Below are positions 1 to 9,457 of a stretch of DNA of 32,512 nucleotides, in pieces. The notes beneath the pieces are model-generated. The model was not told the origin of the DNA and ran no database searches. It saw only the letters and a program-made list of their open reading frames with translations. The stretch lies in sequence record SRR20825019_912; one strand, written 5' to 3'. The position numbers and the translations under genes are program-made. The stretch's first letter is position 1; each line of letters opens with the position of its first letter.

Positions 1-606
1 TGGATGCCCTCCTGGGGCGGCATGATCAACGGCATGATGACGCTGTCGGGGGCATGGCACAAACTCCGGGAGGACCCTGTGCTCCAGTTTATGATCGTCT
101 CGCTTGCCTTCTACGGCATGAGCACGTTTGAAGGGCCGCTGATGTCTATCAAGACAGTGAACGCGCTTTCCCACTATACGGACTGGACCATCGGTCACGT
201 GCATTCCGGCGCGCTTGGATGGGTCGCCTTCATCACATTTGGCGCGCTTTATTACCTCGTGCCGGTTCTGTGGAAGAAGAAGGAGCTTTATTCCACCCGG
301 CTCGTGAGCCTGCACCTGTGGATCGCGACCATCGGCATCGTGCTGTATATCACGGCCATGTGGGTCTCCGGCATCATGCAGGGCTTGATGTGGCGGTCAT
401 ACGACAGCATGGGCTTCCTTGAATACAGCTTCGTGGAATCCGTAATGGCGATGCACCCCTTCTATCTGATCCGGGCGCTTGGCGGCATCCTGTTCCTGAG
501 CGGTAGCCTGATCATGGTCTACAACTTCGTCAAAACCATCCGCGGGGATAACGTCCCCGCCAGAGCCGATGATGACGCGCAAGGTGCGGAGACAGCTCAT
601 GCTTAG
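1..606 (+). CDS. ccoN: cbb3-type cytochrome c oxidase subunit I (5'-truncated by window edge)
   Basis: [36 protein letters not shown] and QGLMWR motifs of CcoN; the frame is open from position 1; followed by ccoO. Confidence 0.98.
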   Translation, partial: WMPSWGGMINGMMTLSGAWHKLREDPVLQFMIVSLAFYGMSTFEGPLMSIKTVNALSHYTDWTIGHVHSGALGWVAFITFGALYYLVPVLWKKKELYSTRLVSLHLWIATIGIVLYITAMWVSGIMQGLMWRSYDSMGFLEYSFVESVMAMHPFYLIRALGGILFLSGSLIMVYNFVKTIRGDNVPARADDDAQGAETAHA

Positions 607-1345
607 AAAACACGAACGACTGGAGAAAAACTCCATCCTGATGCTAATTTTTGTGGTGATTGTAATCTCCATCGGCGGCATCGTTGAAATCCTGCCGCTC
701 TTTCGCATGGAAACCACGATCGAGCCGGTGAAGGGCGTACGCCCTTACACACCGCTCGAACTGGCCGGGCAAAACGTCTATATCCGCGAGGGTTGTTATA
801 ACTGCCACAGCCAGCAAATTCGCCCGTTGCGTGACGAAGTTGAGCGCTACGGTCACTACTCGCTGGCAGCAGAAAGCATGTATGATCATCCGTTCCAGTG
901 GGGGTCCAAACGCACGGGGCCAGATCTCGCGCGGGTTGGCGGCAAATATTCTGACGACTGGCACGTGCAACACATGATCAAGCCCCAGCAAGTAGTGCCG
1001 GAAAGCATCATGCCACCCTATGCCCACCTGGCGCGCAAGGGCGCGAAGCTGGCTGGTATCGCTGCTGACATGAAAGCCCTTCAGATGGTGGGCGTGCCCT
1101 ATACGGATGAACAGATCGCCAACGCCTATAATGACGCGATGGCACAGGCACAGAATGAGAGCGACCACCACGACGGCCTGATGGAGCGTTACACCAAGAT
1201 CAACGCCCGCAACTTCGACGGCCAGGCCACAACAACGGAGCTGGACGCCCTGATCGCTTACCTCCAGGTGCTGGGCACCATGGCGGAGCTTAAAGACTAT
1301 GTGCATGACGGCGGCGCCCGCTCCGGTAAGGAGGCAGGACAATGA
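599..1345 (+). CDS. ccoO: cbb3-type cytochrome c oxidase subunit II (monoheme)
   Basis: [12 protein letters not shown] heme motif, [22 protein letters not shown] at 599 follows GGAG and overlaps the ccoN end. Confidence 0.97.
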   Translation: MLRKHERLEKNSILMLIFVVIVISIGGIVEILPLFRMETTIEPVKGVRPYTPLELAGQNVYIREGCYNCHSQQIRPLRDEVERYGHYSLAAESMYDHPFQWGSKRTGPDLARVGGKYSDDWHVQHMIKPQQVVPESIMPPYAHLARKGAKLAGIAADMKALQMVGVPYTDEQIANAYNDAMAQAQNESDHHDGLMERYTKINARNFDGQATTTELDALIAYLQVLGTMAELKDYVHDGGARSGKEAGQ

Positions 1346-1494
1346 TGACCTGGCTTTCAAACCACGCAGGGCTAACCGGCCTTCTGTTCTTCTTCCTGGT
1401 GTTTTGCGGCATAGCCGTCTGGGCCTACCGGCCATCCATGAAAAAGACGCTTGAAGCACACAAAGAAATTCCTCTCAGAGGGGATGAGGCATGA
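1342..1494 (+). CDS. ccoQ: cbb3-type cytochrome c oxidase small subunit CcoQ/FixQ, 50 aa (absent from ORF track)
   Basis: Manual translation [50 protein letters not shown]; one TM helix, WAYRP...IPL pattern; AAGGAGG RBS; ATGA overlaps with both ccoO and ccoP. Confidence 0.93.
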   Translation: MMTWLSNHAGLTGLLFFFLVFCGIAVWAYRPSMKKTLEAHKEIPLRGDEA

Positions 1495-2363
1495 GCAAGA
1501 AACCTGACATTGATAAATTCACCGGCATTGAAACAACCGGGCACGAGTGGGACGGCATCAAAGAGCTGAACAACCCCTCCCCGCGTTGGTGGCTGATCGT
1601 CTTTCTCGCCTCCGTTATCTGGGCGGTTGGTTACTGGGTCGTGTACCCCGCGTGGCCAACTCTCTCAGGCAACGGCGAACGCGGCGGTACCAAAGGTTCC
1701 ATGGGCTGGACGCAATACGATGAGTTGAAGGAACAGCAGGCTGAGATCACTGCGCGCAAAGCGGCTTATCTCACCCGCTTTGAGGACGCGAGCTTTAGCG
1801 AGATCCAGCAAAACCCTGAGCTATATGCGTTCGCGGTTGCTGGTGGCGCGGCGGCCTTCAAGGATAACTGCGCAACCTGTCACGGCACCGGCGGTGCTGG
1901 TTCTGCCGGTTACCCCAACCTCAATGATGATGACTGGCTGTGGGGCGGTGACATTAACTCCCTCCATGACACCATCCGTTTTGGTGTACGTTCAAGCCAT
2001 GATGAAACACGGTTTTCTGAGATGCCCGCCTTTGGTGACATGCTGGGTGAGGCAGAGATTGAGGCGACCGCCGATTATGTGCTGAGCTTCACGACCGATG
2101 CGGTCCCAACCGACATGGGCCGCCAGACATATGAAGACAATTGCGCTGCATGCCACGCAGAAGACGGCACCGGTGACAAAAGCCTTGGCGCACCAAACCT
2201 CGCTGACGCGATCTGGTTCTATGGTAATGACCGCGCGGACATCATGTCACAGATACGCAAGCCCAAACATGGTGTTATGCCTAATTGGGAAGCAAGGCTG
2301 GACGCAAACACGATCCGCCAGCTTGCCATTTATGTGCATTCACTCGGTGGCGGCGAAGAATAG
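1491..2363 (+). CDS. ccoP: cbb3-type cytochrome c oxidase subunit III (diheme)
   Basis: TTGHEWDGIKELNNPSPRWW N-terminus, two CxxCH motifs (CATCH, CAACH), GYPNLNDDDWLWGG, YVHSLGGGE C-terminus. Confidence 0.97.
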   Translation: MSKKPDIDKFTGIETTGHEWDGIKELNNPSPRWWLIVFLASVIWAVGYWVVYPAWPTLSGNGERGGTKGSMGWTQYDELKEQQAEITARKAAYLTRFEDASFSEIQQNPELYAFAVAGGAAAFKDNCATCHGTGGAGSAGYPNLNDDDWLWGGDINSLHDTIRFGVRSSHDETRFSEMPAFGDMLGEAEIEATADYVLSFTTDAVPTDMGRQTYEDNCAACHAEDGTGDKSLGAPNLADAIWFYGNDRADIMSQIRKPKHGVMPNWEARLDANTIRQLAIYVHSLGGGEE

Positions 2364-2383
2364 GCCGCGCAGGAGCATCCGAA

Positions 2384-3799
2384 ATGAGCGACAACGCGCC
2401 CCCCATTCAGCTTTTTGAGAAAAAAGCACGCATCTTTCCAAAACGCGTTTGGGGTAAGTTCCGCAAGATCAAATGGCTGGCGATGGTCATCACGCTGGGG
2501 ATCTATTATCTCGCGCCTTTCCTGCGCTGGGATAGGGGTGCCCATGCACCAGACCAGGCCATCCTGATCGATATGCAAGCGCAGCGCGCTTATTTCTTCT
2601 TCATCGAGATATGGCCGCAGGAGGTTTATTACCTTACCGGCATCCTCATTCTGGCGGCTGTTGCGCTCTTTTTCGCCACCAGCCTTTTTGGCCGGGTGTG
2701 GTGCGGGTACGCCTGCCCGCAAACGGTCTGGACCGATCTTTTTGTCTGGGTTGAGCGCATCGTGCAGGGCGACAGAGCCAAGCGCATGCGGCTCGCGAAC
2801 GCTCCGTGGGGGTTCGAGAAACTTTGGAAAATGGCGCTCACCCACAGCCTGTGGCTGCTGATCGGGATGCTGACCGGGGGTGCATGGGTCTTCTACTTCA
2901 ACGACGCGCCCACCCTTCTTGAACATATCCTCAACTTCGATGTGCCGTGGTCTGTTGGTGGCTGGATCATTGCGCTCACCTTCTCCACCTACCTTATGGC
3001 TGGTTTCGCACGCGAACAGGTGTGCATGTATATGTGCCCCTATTCACGTTTCCAGAGTGCGATGTTCGACAAGGACACGCTGATCATCGGGTATGATGAG
3101 AAGCGCGGCGAACCACGCGGCAAACACAAAAAAGGTGAAAGCTGGGACGGACGCGGCGACTGCGTGGACTGCACCGCCTGTGTGCAGGTTTGCCCCATGG
3201 GCATTGATATCCGCGACGGCTTGCAGATGGAATGCATTGCCTGCGGCCTTTGTGTAGATGCCTGCGATGATATCATGGACAAGGTTGGCCGCCCGCGCGG
3301 CCTGATCCGCTATGATACCACCAACAACCAGCTTGCCCGCGAAGAAGGCGTGAAAGAACAGTCTCACCTTCTGCGGGCCCGCACGGTCTATTATAGTGCC
3401 ATCCTCGCCATTGTTGGTGGCGTCATGCTTTATGGCCTGATGCACCGTGACCCGGTTGAGCTGCACGTGCTGCACGACCGCAACCCGCTTTTTGTCACCA
3501 TGTCTGACGGACGCATCCGCAACGGGTATGACGTGAAGATTTTGAACAAAACCCATACGGACAAAAAATACATGCTGTCTGTTGAAGGCCTCACGAACGC
3601 AGAAATTCGCATCCAGGGCGCTGGCAACTTTGACGCCGCCCAACTGCCCGTTTTTGCTGACAGCGTGGGCCACTACCGGGTTTTTATAACCGCTGACAAA
3701 CTAGCAGAAGCGCGAAACGAAGTGACGGTCCGCATTGAAGAAGTGAACGGGGAAACCGGCGCATCTTATGACGGTATTTTCATGAGCGGCAGGCCATAG
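2384..3799 (+). CDS. ccoG: cytochrome c oxidase accessory Fe-S membrane protein CcoG/FixG
   Basis: GRVWCGYACPQTVWTD, CMYMCPY, two 4Fe-4S motifs (CVDCTACVQVCP, CIACGLCVDAC); ATG at 2384 follows AGGAG. Confidence 0.96.
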   Translation: MSDNAPPIQLFEKKARIFPKRVWGKFRKIKWLAMVITLGIYYLAPFLRWDRGAHAPDQAILIDMQAQRAYFFFIEIWPQEVYYLTGILILAAVALFFATSLFGRVWCGYACPQTVWTDLFVWVERIVQGDRAKRMRLANAPWGFEKLWKMALTHSLWLLIGMLTGGAWVFYFNDAPTLLEHILNFDVPWSVGGWIIALTFSTYLMAGFAREQVCMYMCPYSRFQSAMFDKDTLIIGYDEKRGEPRGKHKKGESWDGRGDCVDCTACVQVCPMGIDIRDGLQMECIACGLCVDACDDIMDKVGRPRGLIRYDTTNNQLAREEGVKEQSHLLRARTVYYSAILAIVGGVMLYGLMHRDPVELHVLHDRNPLFVTMSDGRIRNGYDVKILNKTHTDKKYMLSVEGLTNAEIRIQGAGNFDAAQLPVFADSVGHYRVFITADKLAEARNEVTVRIEEVNGETGASYDGIFMSGRP

Positions 3800-3806
3800 G
3801 GAGGGC

Positions 3807-4301
3807 ATGATGAACGAGATAGCGCAAGCAACAGGTGCCCGCAAAAGCGACCGCTGGATACCCTGGTATATCGTCGCCTTTTTTATAGTTGTCGCCATTC
3901 TTGACGGCATTTTTGTCTATCTGGCCACCTCTACCCACACGGGCGTGGTGTCCGAGCAGGCCTACGATAAAGGCCTAGCCTACAATGACACGGTTGCTGC
4001 CGCAGAGGCACAGGCCGCGCTTGGCTGGCAACACGCTATCCACCTTGAAGGCGGCATGCTCGTGTTCACGCTTAACGGCAACGATGGTGTAGCGCTCAAT
4101 GGTGCCGCCGTTAAAGCCGTGATCAAGCGCCCCATTGGTGACGCTCAGGATTTCACGCTGGAACTACGTGCAGCGGGTGATGGCCGCTATGAAGTGCCGG
4201 TCAGCTTCCCCGCCAATGGGCAGTGGGATGCCCGCGTATACGCGCTTTGGCAAGATCAGGACTATCAGGCCCACAAAAGGCTGATAGTGGAAGCGCCTTG
4301 A
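3807..4301 (+). CDS. ccoH: FixH/CcoH assembly protein
   Basis: N-terminal TM (WIPWYIVAFF...), AYDKGLAYN motif, GQWD; lies between ccoG and ccoI. Confidence 0.9.
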   Translation: MMNEIAQATGARKSDRWIPWYIVAFFIVVAILDGIFVYLATSTHTGVVSEQAYDKGLAYNDTVAAAEAQAALGWQHAIHLEGGMLVFTLNGNDGVALNGAAVKAVIKRPIGDAQDFTLELRAAGDGRYEVPVSFPANGQWDARVYALWQDQDYQAHKRLIVEAP

Positions 4302-6556
4302 GCTGCAAGCACTGCGGCGCGGAAACAAATGAGGGGCAGGACTTCTGCTGCCCCGGCTGTGAGGCAGCTTATTCTGCCGCAGGCACGCTCACCGAAAACA
4401 CGGGGTTTTCACGTCTCGCCACCGAAAGCGAAGATGATACCTATACACTCACGCTCGGGGTTGAGGGCATTCACTGCGCGGCCTGCATCAGGTTGATCGA
4501 AAATGCGCTTCTCTCTGAAGATGCTGTGACACACGCCCGCGTTAACATGAGCACCGAGCGGGTGAGCATGAGCTGGCATGGCGCGCGCAACCGCGGTGAC
4601 GCGTTGGCCGAAAAGGTCAGCAAACTTGGCTACAAGCTGCACCTTCTGGATGCGGGGCGCGAGGTGGCGGACGAAGCCAGCAAAGCGCTTCTGCGTGCGA
4701 TTGCTGTTGCAGGGTTTGCCGCCGGGAACATGATGCTGATCTCCGTGGGCCTATGGACCACAGACGCCAATACCATGGGCATGGCCACGCGCGACCTGTT
4801 TCACTGGCTTTCGGCCCTTATCGCGCTGCCGACCGTGCTGTATGCCGGACGGCCATTCTTCCGCTCCGCCTATGCTGTGCTCCGGGAAGGGCACACCAAT
4901 ATGGATGTGCCGATCTCCATTGCTGTCGTCCTCGCCTGTGGCATGAGTGTGTTTGAAGCGGTGCGCCACGGCCAGCATGTGTATTTCGACAGCGCTGTGA
5001 TGCTGCTCTTTTTCCTGCTGATTGGCCGATATCTGGATGCCCGCGCCAAAGGCAAAGCGCGGGAAAGCGCTGCAAACCTCTTGTCCAAGCTGGCAGGCAT
5101 GGCGGTTGTGTTCGAGCAGGGCCGCGCAACACAAGTGCCAATCACGGAACTACGCGAGGGCATGATCGTGCTGGTGGCAACCGGCGAAACCATACCGGCG
5201 GACGGTATTGTGCAAAAGGGCCGCTCGGACATTGACCTGTCGCTCATCACCGGGGAGACCGTGCCCGAAGTGATTGAGGAAGGCGGGGAAGTGTTCGCGG
5301 GCACGCTCAACCTCTCAGCACCGCTACAAATACAGGTGTCAAAAGCCTCAAACAAAAGCCTCTTGAGCGAAATTGTCCGGCTGATGGAAACAGCCGAGCA
5401 GGGCGGTGCCAAATATGTGCGGCTGGCGGATAAAGCGGCACAACTTTACACGCCCGTGGTGCACGCCATGGGCGCGCTCACTTTCATCGGTTGGTGGTTT
5501 GTGATGCAGGCACCGTGGCAGGTTTCGCTCCTTCACGCCGTCACCGTGCTGATCATCACCTGCCCCTGTGCCCTAGGCCTAGCGGTTCCTGTGGTGCAAG
5601 TGCTGGCGAGCGGCAAGTTGATGCGTGCGGGCATCCTCTTGAAATCAGGCGACGCGCTTGAAAAACTGGCTGAGGTAGACACGGTGGTGTTTGACAAAAC
5701 CGGCACCCTGACCCTTGGCAAACCCAAACTGAAACCGGGGAATTATAGCCAATCATACCTGCGCATCGCGGCGTCCCTGGCGGTGCATAGCAGGCACCCG
5801 CTTTCAAAAGCGCTCGCAAACGCCTACGACGGTGACCTGCTTGATCTCAATATAACCGAGGTGCCGGGCAAGGGGCTGTTCACCGAATTCGAGGGTTGGG
5901 TATTCAAGCTCGGCAGCCGCGCATGGTGCGGTGACGGCTCCGCCCCCGTTGATGATACCTCGCTGGAGCTGTGGTTTGCCGCCGACGGCGAACCCCGCGC
6001 GCGATTCACCTTCTCTGACCAGCTTCGCGACGACGCGGCGGAAGTTGTCGCATCCCTCACAGCGGCGGGCATGGATGTGCGGCTGCTGTCGGGTGACCGG
6101 CATATTGTGGCCGCCCGTGTGGCGAAAAAAGCGGGTATAACCCTTCTCAAGGCTGAAGCCAGCCCGCTTGAGAAATGCGACTATCTGAAAATGCTCAGCA
6201 AAACAGGCGCCAAGATCCTGATGGTGGGGGACGGCCTGAATGATGCACCTGCGCTTGCATCGGCCCATGTCTCCATGTCACCTTCAAGCGCGATGGATAT
6301 CACCCAGAATACCGCTGATATTGTTTTCCAGGGCGACAGGTTGCGGCCGATACTGACCGCGCTTGATGTCTCCACGCGCTCCGGCAAACTGGTGCGGCAG
6401 AACTTCGCGCTCGCCGTGCTTTATAACCTCATCGCTATCCCTGTGGCGGTGATGGGGTTTGTAACCCCTCTTGTGGCGGCGGCGGCCATGTCTGGCTCGT
6501 CGCTCATCGTCATTCTCAACGCCTTCCGGCTCAACCTCGGAAAGGCACGGCGCTGA
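4298..6556 (+). CDS. ccoI: P1B-type copper-translocating ATPase CcoI/FixI
   Basis: CKHC...CCPGC N-terminal motif, HMA GIHCAAC, TGE, CPCALGLA, DKTGT, GDGLND, YN and MSGSS; TTG start at 4298 inferred from TTGA overlap with the ccoH stop. Confidence 0.95.
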   Translation: MSCKHCGAETNEGQDFCCPGCEAAYSAAGTLTENTGFSRLATESEDDTYTLTLGVEGIHCAACIRLIENALLSEDAVTHARVNMSTERVSMSWHGARNRGDALAEKVSKLGYKLHLLDAGREVADEASKALLRAIAVAGFAAGNMMLISVGLWTTDANTMGMATRDLFHWLSALIALPTVLYAGRPFFRSAYAVLREGHTNMDVPISIAVVLACGMSVFEAVRHGQHVYFDSAVMLLFFLLIGRYLDARAKGKARESAANLLSKLAGMAVVFEQGRATQVPITELREGMIVLVATGETIPADGIVQKGRSDIDLSLITGETVPEVIEEGGEVFAGTLNLSAPLQIQVSKASNKSLLSEIVRLMETAEQGGAKYVRLADKAAQLYTPVVHAMGALTFIGWWFVMQAPWQVSLLHAVTVLIITCPCALGLAVPVVQVLASGKLMRAGILLKSGDALEKLAEVDTVVFDKTGTLTLGKPKLKPGNYSQSYLRIAASLAVHSRHPLSKALANAYDGDLLDLNITEVPGKGLFTEFEGWVFKLGSRAWCGDGSAPVDDTSLELWFAADGEPRARFTFSDQLRDDAAEVVASLTAAGMDVRLLSGDRHIVAARVAKKAGITLLKAEASPLEKCDYLKMLSKTGAKILMVGDGLNDAPALASAHVSMSPSSAMDITQNTADIVFQGDRLRPILTALDVSTRSGKLVRQNFALAVLYNLIAIPVAVMGFVTPLVAAAAMSGSSLIVILNAFRLNLGKARR

Positions 6557-6738
6557 TGGATATCCTTCTTTATCTCATTCCTATCGCCCTGACCCTTGGC
6601 CTTATCGGGCTGGCCGGGTTTTTGTGGACCATGCGCAACAACCAGTATGAGGACCTTGAGGGGGCCGCACACCGCATCCTTTTTGATGACCAAGACGACC
6701 ACGCTGAGAACCCTGAAAATAACACCGACAAGGTGTGA
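6556..6738 (+). CDS. ccoS: cbb3-type oxidase maturation protein CcoS/FixS
   Basis: LIPIAL...FLW...QYEDLEGAAHRILFDD signature; TGATG overlap with ccoI. Confidence 0.94.
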   Translation: MDILLYLIPIALTLGLIGLAGFLWTMRNNQYEDLEGAAHRILFDDQDDHAENPENNTDKV

Positions 6739-6774
6739 CATTCCGCCGCATAGTGCATTGAAATCACTGAATAA

Positions 6775-6788
6775 TTGACAATTATCAA
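6775..6788. promoter_or_regulatory. FNR/FixK-type box upstream of ompW
   Basis: TTGAC-AATT-ATCAA, one mismatch to TTGAT-N4-ATCAA; ends 58 bp before the ompW ATG, consistent with class II activation geometry. Confidence 0.8.
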
Positions 6789-6846
6789 GTCGTTTTTCCC
6801 ATCCGTTCTGTACACCGGTTTCAGAACAAACATTGAGGAAAAACCA

Positions 6847-7476
6847 ATGCGTATCTCATCCGTTTTAAAAGCATTTACCTGTGCCCTTGCGCTGCAGGCC
6901 GCTGCCGGTCCCGCGATGGCCGCTGACGGTGACAGCCCATGGCTCGTTCGCCTGCGCCTTATCGATGTCGCACCAAGCGAAAGCTCAACCGTATCCATCG
7001 GTGGGGAAGCCAAAGTAGATACATCCATCGTACCGGAGCTGGATATCACTTATTTCTGGACCAAGAATGTGGCAACAGAACTGATCCTTGCCACCACCAA
7101 ACATGATGTCTCAGCCGAAGGTACCGCGCTTGGCGACCTGAGCCTTGGTGACACTTGGGTGCTGCCGCCAACCCTTCTGATGCAGTATCATTTCAACCCG
7201 GAAGGCCCAGTGAAACCCTATCTGGGCGCGGGGGTAAACTATACCTTCTTCTATAATGCGGACGCAGGTGACGTCACCAGCATTGACTATGAAAACGGCT
7301 TTGGTGTCGCGCTGCAGGCTGGCTTTGATGTCAAGATCAGGGACAACTGGTATTTCAACGTGGACGCCAAGAAACTTTGGCTCAACACAGATGTGTCCAT
7401 CAACGACGGTGCGGTTATCGCAGATGTTGACCTTGACCCCTGGGTGCTCGGTGTTGGTTTCGGTTATCGCTTCTAG
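6847..7476 (+). CDS. ompW: OmpW-family outer membrane beta-barrel
   Basis: Signal peptide, PELDITYF, ATELIL, LPPTLLMQYHF, PYLGAGVNY, DPWVLGVGFGYRF C-terminus; ATG at 6847 follows GAGG. Confidence 0.95.
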   Translation: MRISSVLKAFTCALALQAAAGPAMAADGDSPWLVRLRLIDVAPSESSTVSIGGEAKVDTSIVPELDITYFWTKNVATELILATTKHDVSAEGTALGDLSLGDTWVLPPTLLMQYHFNPEGPVKPYLGAGVNYTFFYNADAGDVTSIDYENGFGVALQAGFDVKIRDNWYFNVDAKKLWLNTDVSINDGAVIADVDLDPWVLGVGFGYRF

Positions 7477-7530
7477 CCCATTGACTGACATCTACCTGGG
7501 CTGACATCCGGGTAGGTAGTCGGGGGAGAG

Positions 7531-7561
7531 AAGGCCCGCTGTCATTACGACTGCGGGCCTT
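7531..7561. terminator. Probable intrinsic terminator hairpin between convergent ompW and hemN
   Basis: AAGGCCCGC-T-GTC-ATTAC-GAC-T-GCGGGCCTT inverted repeat; U-tract is weak. Confidence 0.6.
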
Positions 7562-7592
7562 ATTGCATTCTTGGTCAGGGAAAATTTCTCGC

Positions 7593-8951
7593 TCAGGCCA
7601 CTTGTGCGTGACGTGTGACAGACGGGTTCAGATAGCTATCAAAAGCGGCGGCGGCGAGGCGCACGGCCTGCCGGGCGTTTTGGTCAATGATGATACGCCG
7701 CCCCAGAAGCCGGATAAGGCCTTCAAAGGCAAGTGATGTCAACTCAGGCAAGGCATCGTCGAAATAGTCGCAAGGAAGACCGCGCTTTTTGCAGAAGTCG
7801 TCAAGGTCGACCTCGAAGTAGCACATCAGGGTTTCGATAACAGCGCGGCGAAGCCGGTCATCCTCATTCACCCATTTACCCTTCACCACAGGGTAACTAC
7901 CGCGTGACACGGTCTCTGCATAGTCTTTGGCAACTAGCGTGTTTTGCGCATAGCCCTGCGGCAGCACACTGATGGCAGACGTACCGAACCCAAGTAACGC
8001 GTCGGCCGCATCTGTCGTGTATCCTTGGAAATTGCGCCGGAGCGTGTGGGTGCGCAGCGCCTCTGCCATCGGGTCGGTATGACGCACAAAATGGTCAAGC
8101 CCGACCGCCTCATATCCACGTTTTGCGAGCCGCGCGGACGCGGCATCAAACTGCTTGAGCCGCGCTTCACCGTCCGGCAAGGCTGCTTCATCAATAAGCT
8201 GCATATGTTTTTTCATCCACGGCACGTGGGCATAGCCAAAAAGCGCTATGCGGCTGGGGTTTAGCGCCACCGCGAAATCAACATTCTCTTCTATTCTTTG
8301 GAGGGTTTGCCCCGGCAAGCCATAGAGAAGGTCCATATTGATGTCACTGATGCCATAATCACGCAGGAAACGCACGGCATCATACACCATATGAAACGGC
8401 TGCCTGCGCCCGATCGCCTGCTGCACCTCAACATGAAAATCCTGCACACCAAGGCTCGCACGGGTCACACCACCTGCGGCATAGGCCGACACCTTGGCCT
8501 CAGTCACCTCACGTGGGTCCAGCTCAATCGCGATCTCCGCTTCAGGGTGGACAGTATACCCCTCGCGTATCACCTTCATGATCGACGTGAAATCATCAGG
8601 CTTGAGCATGCTCGGCGAACCACCACCAAAGTGGATATGGTTGACAACCTGCCCGCCACTCAATTCCGCACTGGTGTGTTTGATCTCTTCCACAAGAGAG
8701 GCCACAAACCCTTCAACGGGCGCATATTTGCGAGTCGCCTTGGTAAAACAGCCGCAGTACCAGCATATCTGCCGACAATAGGGGATATGGATATAAAGCG
8801 ACAAACTGGCACCATCTGGAAGCGCCTTGACCCAGCCTGAAAACACCTCGCCCGTTACCTCAGGGGAGAAATGCGGCGCGGTCGGGTAGCTCGTATATCT
8901 TGGAACCTGCCGGTTGTGGTCAAGTAAAGCCTGATGGATTGCGGATGTCAC
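7593..8951 (-). CDS. hemN: Oxygen-independent coproporphyrinogen III oxidase (radical SAM)
   Basis: PRYTSYPTA, YIHIPYCRQICWYCGC (CxxxCxxC), HFGGGSP, YAHVPWMKKH, RNFQGY; GTG start with AGGAG RBS. Confidence 0.96.
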   Translation of the reverse strand: MTSAIHQALLDHNRQVPRYTSYPTAPHFSPEVTGEVFSGWVKALPDGASLSLYIHIPYCRQICWYCGCFTKATRKYAPVEGFVASLVEEIKHTSAELSGGQVVNHIHFGGGSPSMLKPDDFTSIMKVIREGYTVHPEAEIAIELDPREVTEAKVSAYAAGGVTRASLGVQDFHVEVQQAIGRRQPFHMVYDAVRFLRDYGISDINMDLLYGLPGQTLQRIEENVDFAVALNPSRIALFGYAHVPWMKKHMQLIDEAALPDGEARLKQFDAASARLAKRGYEAVGLDHFVRHTDPMAEALRTHTLRRNFQGYTTDAADALLGFGTSAISVLPQGYAQNTLVAKDYAETVSRGSYPVVKGKWVNEDDRLRRAVIETLMCYFEVDLDDFCKKRGLPCDYFDDALPELTSLAFEGLIRLLGRRIIIDQNARQAVRLAAAAFDSYLNPSVTRHAQVA

Positions 8952-9015
8952 AGCTTGCTCCTGCTTATGGTGGTGTTGCGCACCCTTCTTCTAGCGAGGT
9001 ATGCGCGGCCGCGAC

Positions 9016-9029
9016 TTGACGAAAATCAA
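9016..9029. promoter_or_regulatory. FNR/FixK-type box between divergent hemN and the 123-aa gene
   Basis: TTGAC-GAAA-ATCAA; a -10-like TAGAAG lies on the minus strand at 8988-8993, at class II spacing for hemN. Confidence 0.8.
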
Positions 9030-9085
9030 CTACAGCATGAGAAAAATGTGATGAACTCCCTATCAAATGATGGCGGAGATGACCC

Positions 9086-9457
9086 TTGCCAAATGGCGAT
9101 CAACAAGAAGTTTTTGAAGCCCAGCTGGAAGCGTACCTGCGCATCTGCAACGCGGCACTGGAAGCCAACAGCAAACGCTTTCCCTATAACCGCATATGGC
9201 AGGCGGGAGAGGATGCCCTCAAAGGCAGGTGTGTTGAGCTGGCGCTCATTGATGATGAACCAAAAGCACGATGCCGTATAACGCTTTCAGAGCATCACAT
9301 TGAACGTACAGGTGAAGACGGTGAGGCACCCCCGGTCACCCGTCTCAGCAAACAATATATCGAAGATGTGCTTGCCAACCCGGAGAAATATATTTCCGAC
9401 CCGTCGCTGATTGACTGGAGATGGCTGAAGGCTGTTAGCCCCCCTGACAATAGTTAG
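9086..9457 (+). CDS. Hypothetical protein, 123 aa
   Basis: TTG start with GGAG RBS; fills the gap between hemN and the Crp/Fnr gene; globular-looking composition; stop codon overlaps the stop of the convergent gene. Confidence 0.75.
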   Translation: MPNGDQQEVFEAQLEAYLRICNAALEANSKRFPYNRIWQAGEDALKGRCVELALIDDEPKARCRITLSEHHIERTGEDGEAPPVTRLSKQYIEDVLANPEKYISDPSLIDWRWLKAVSPPDNS

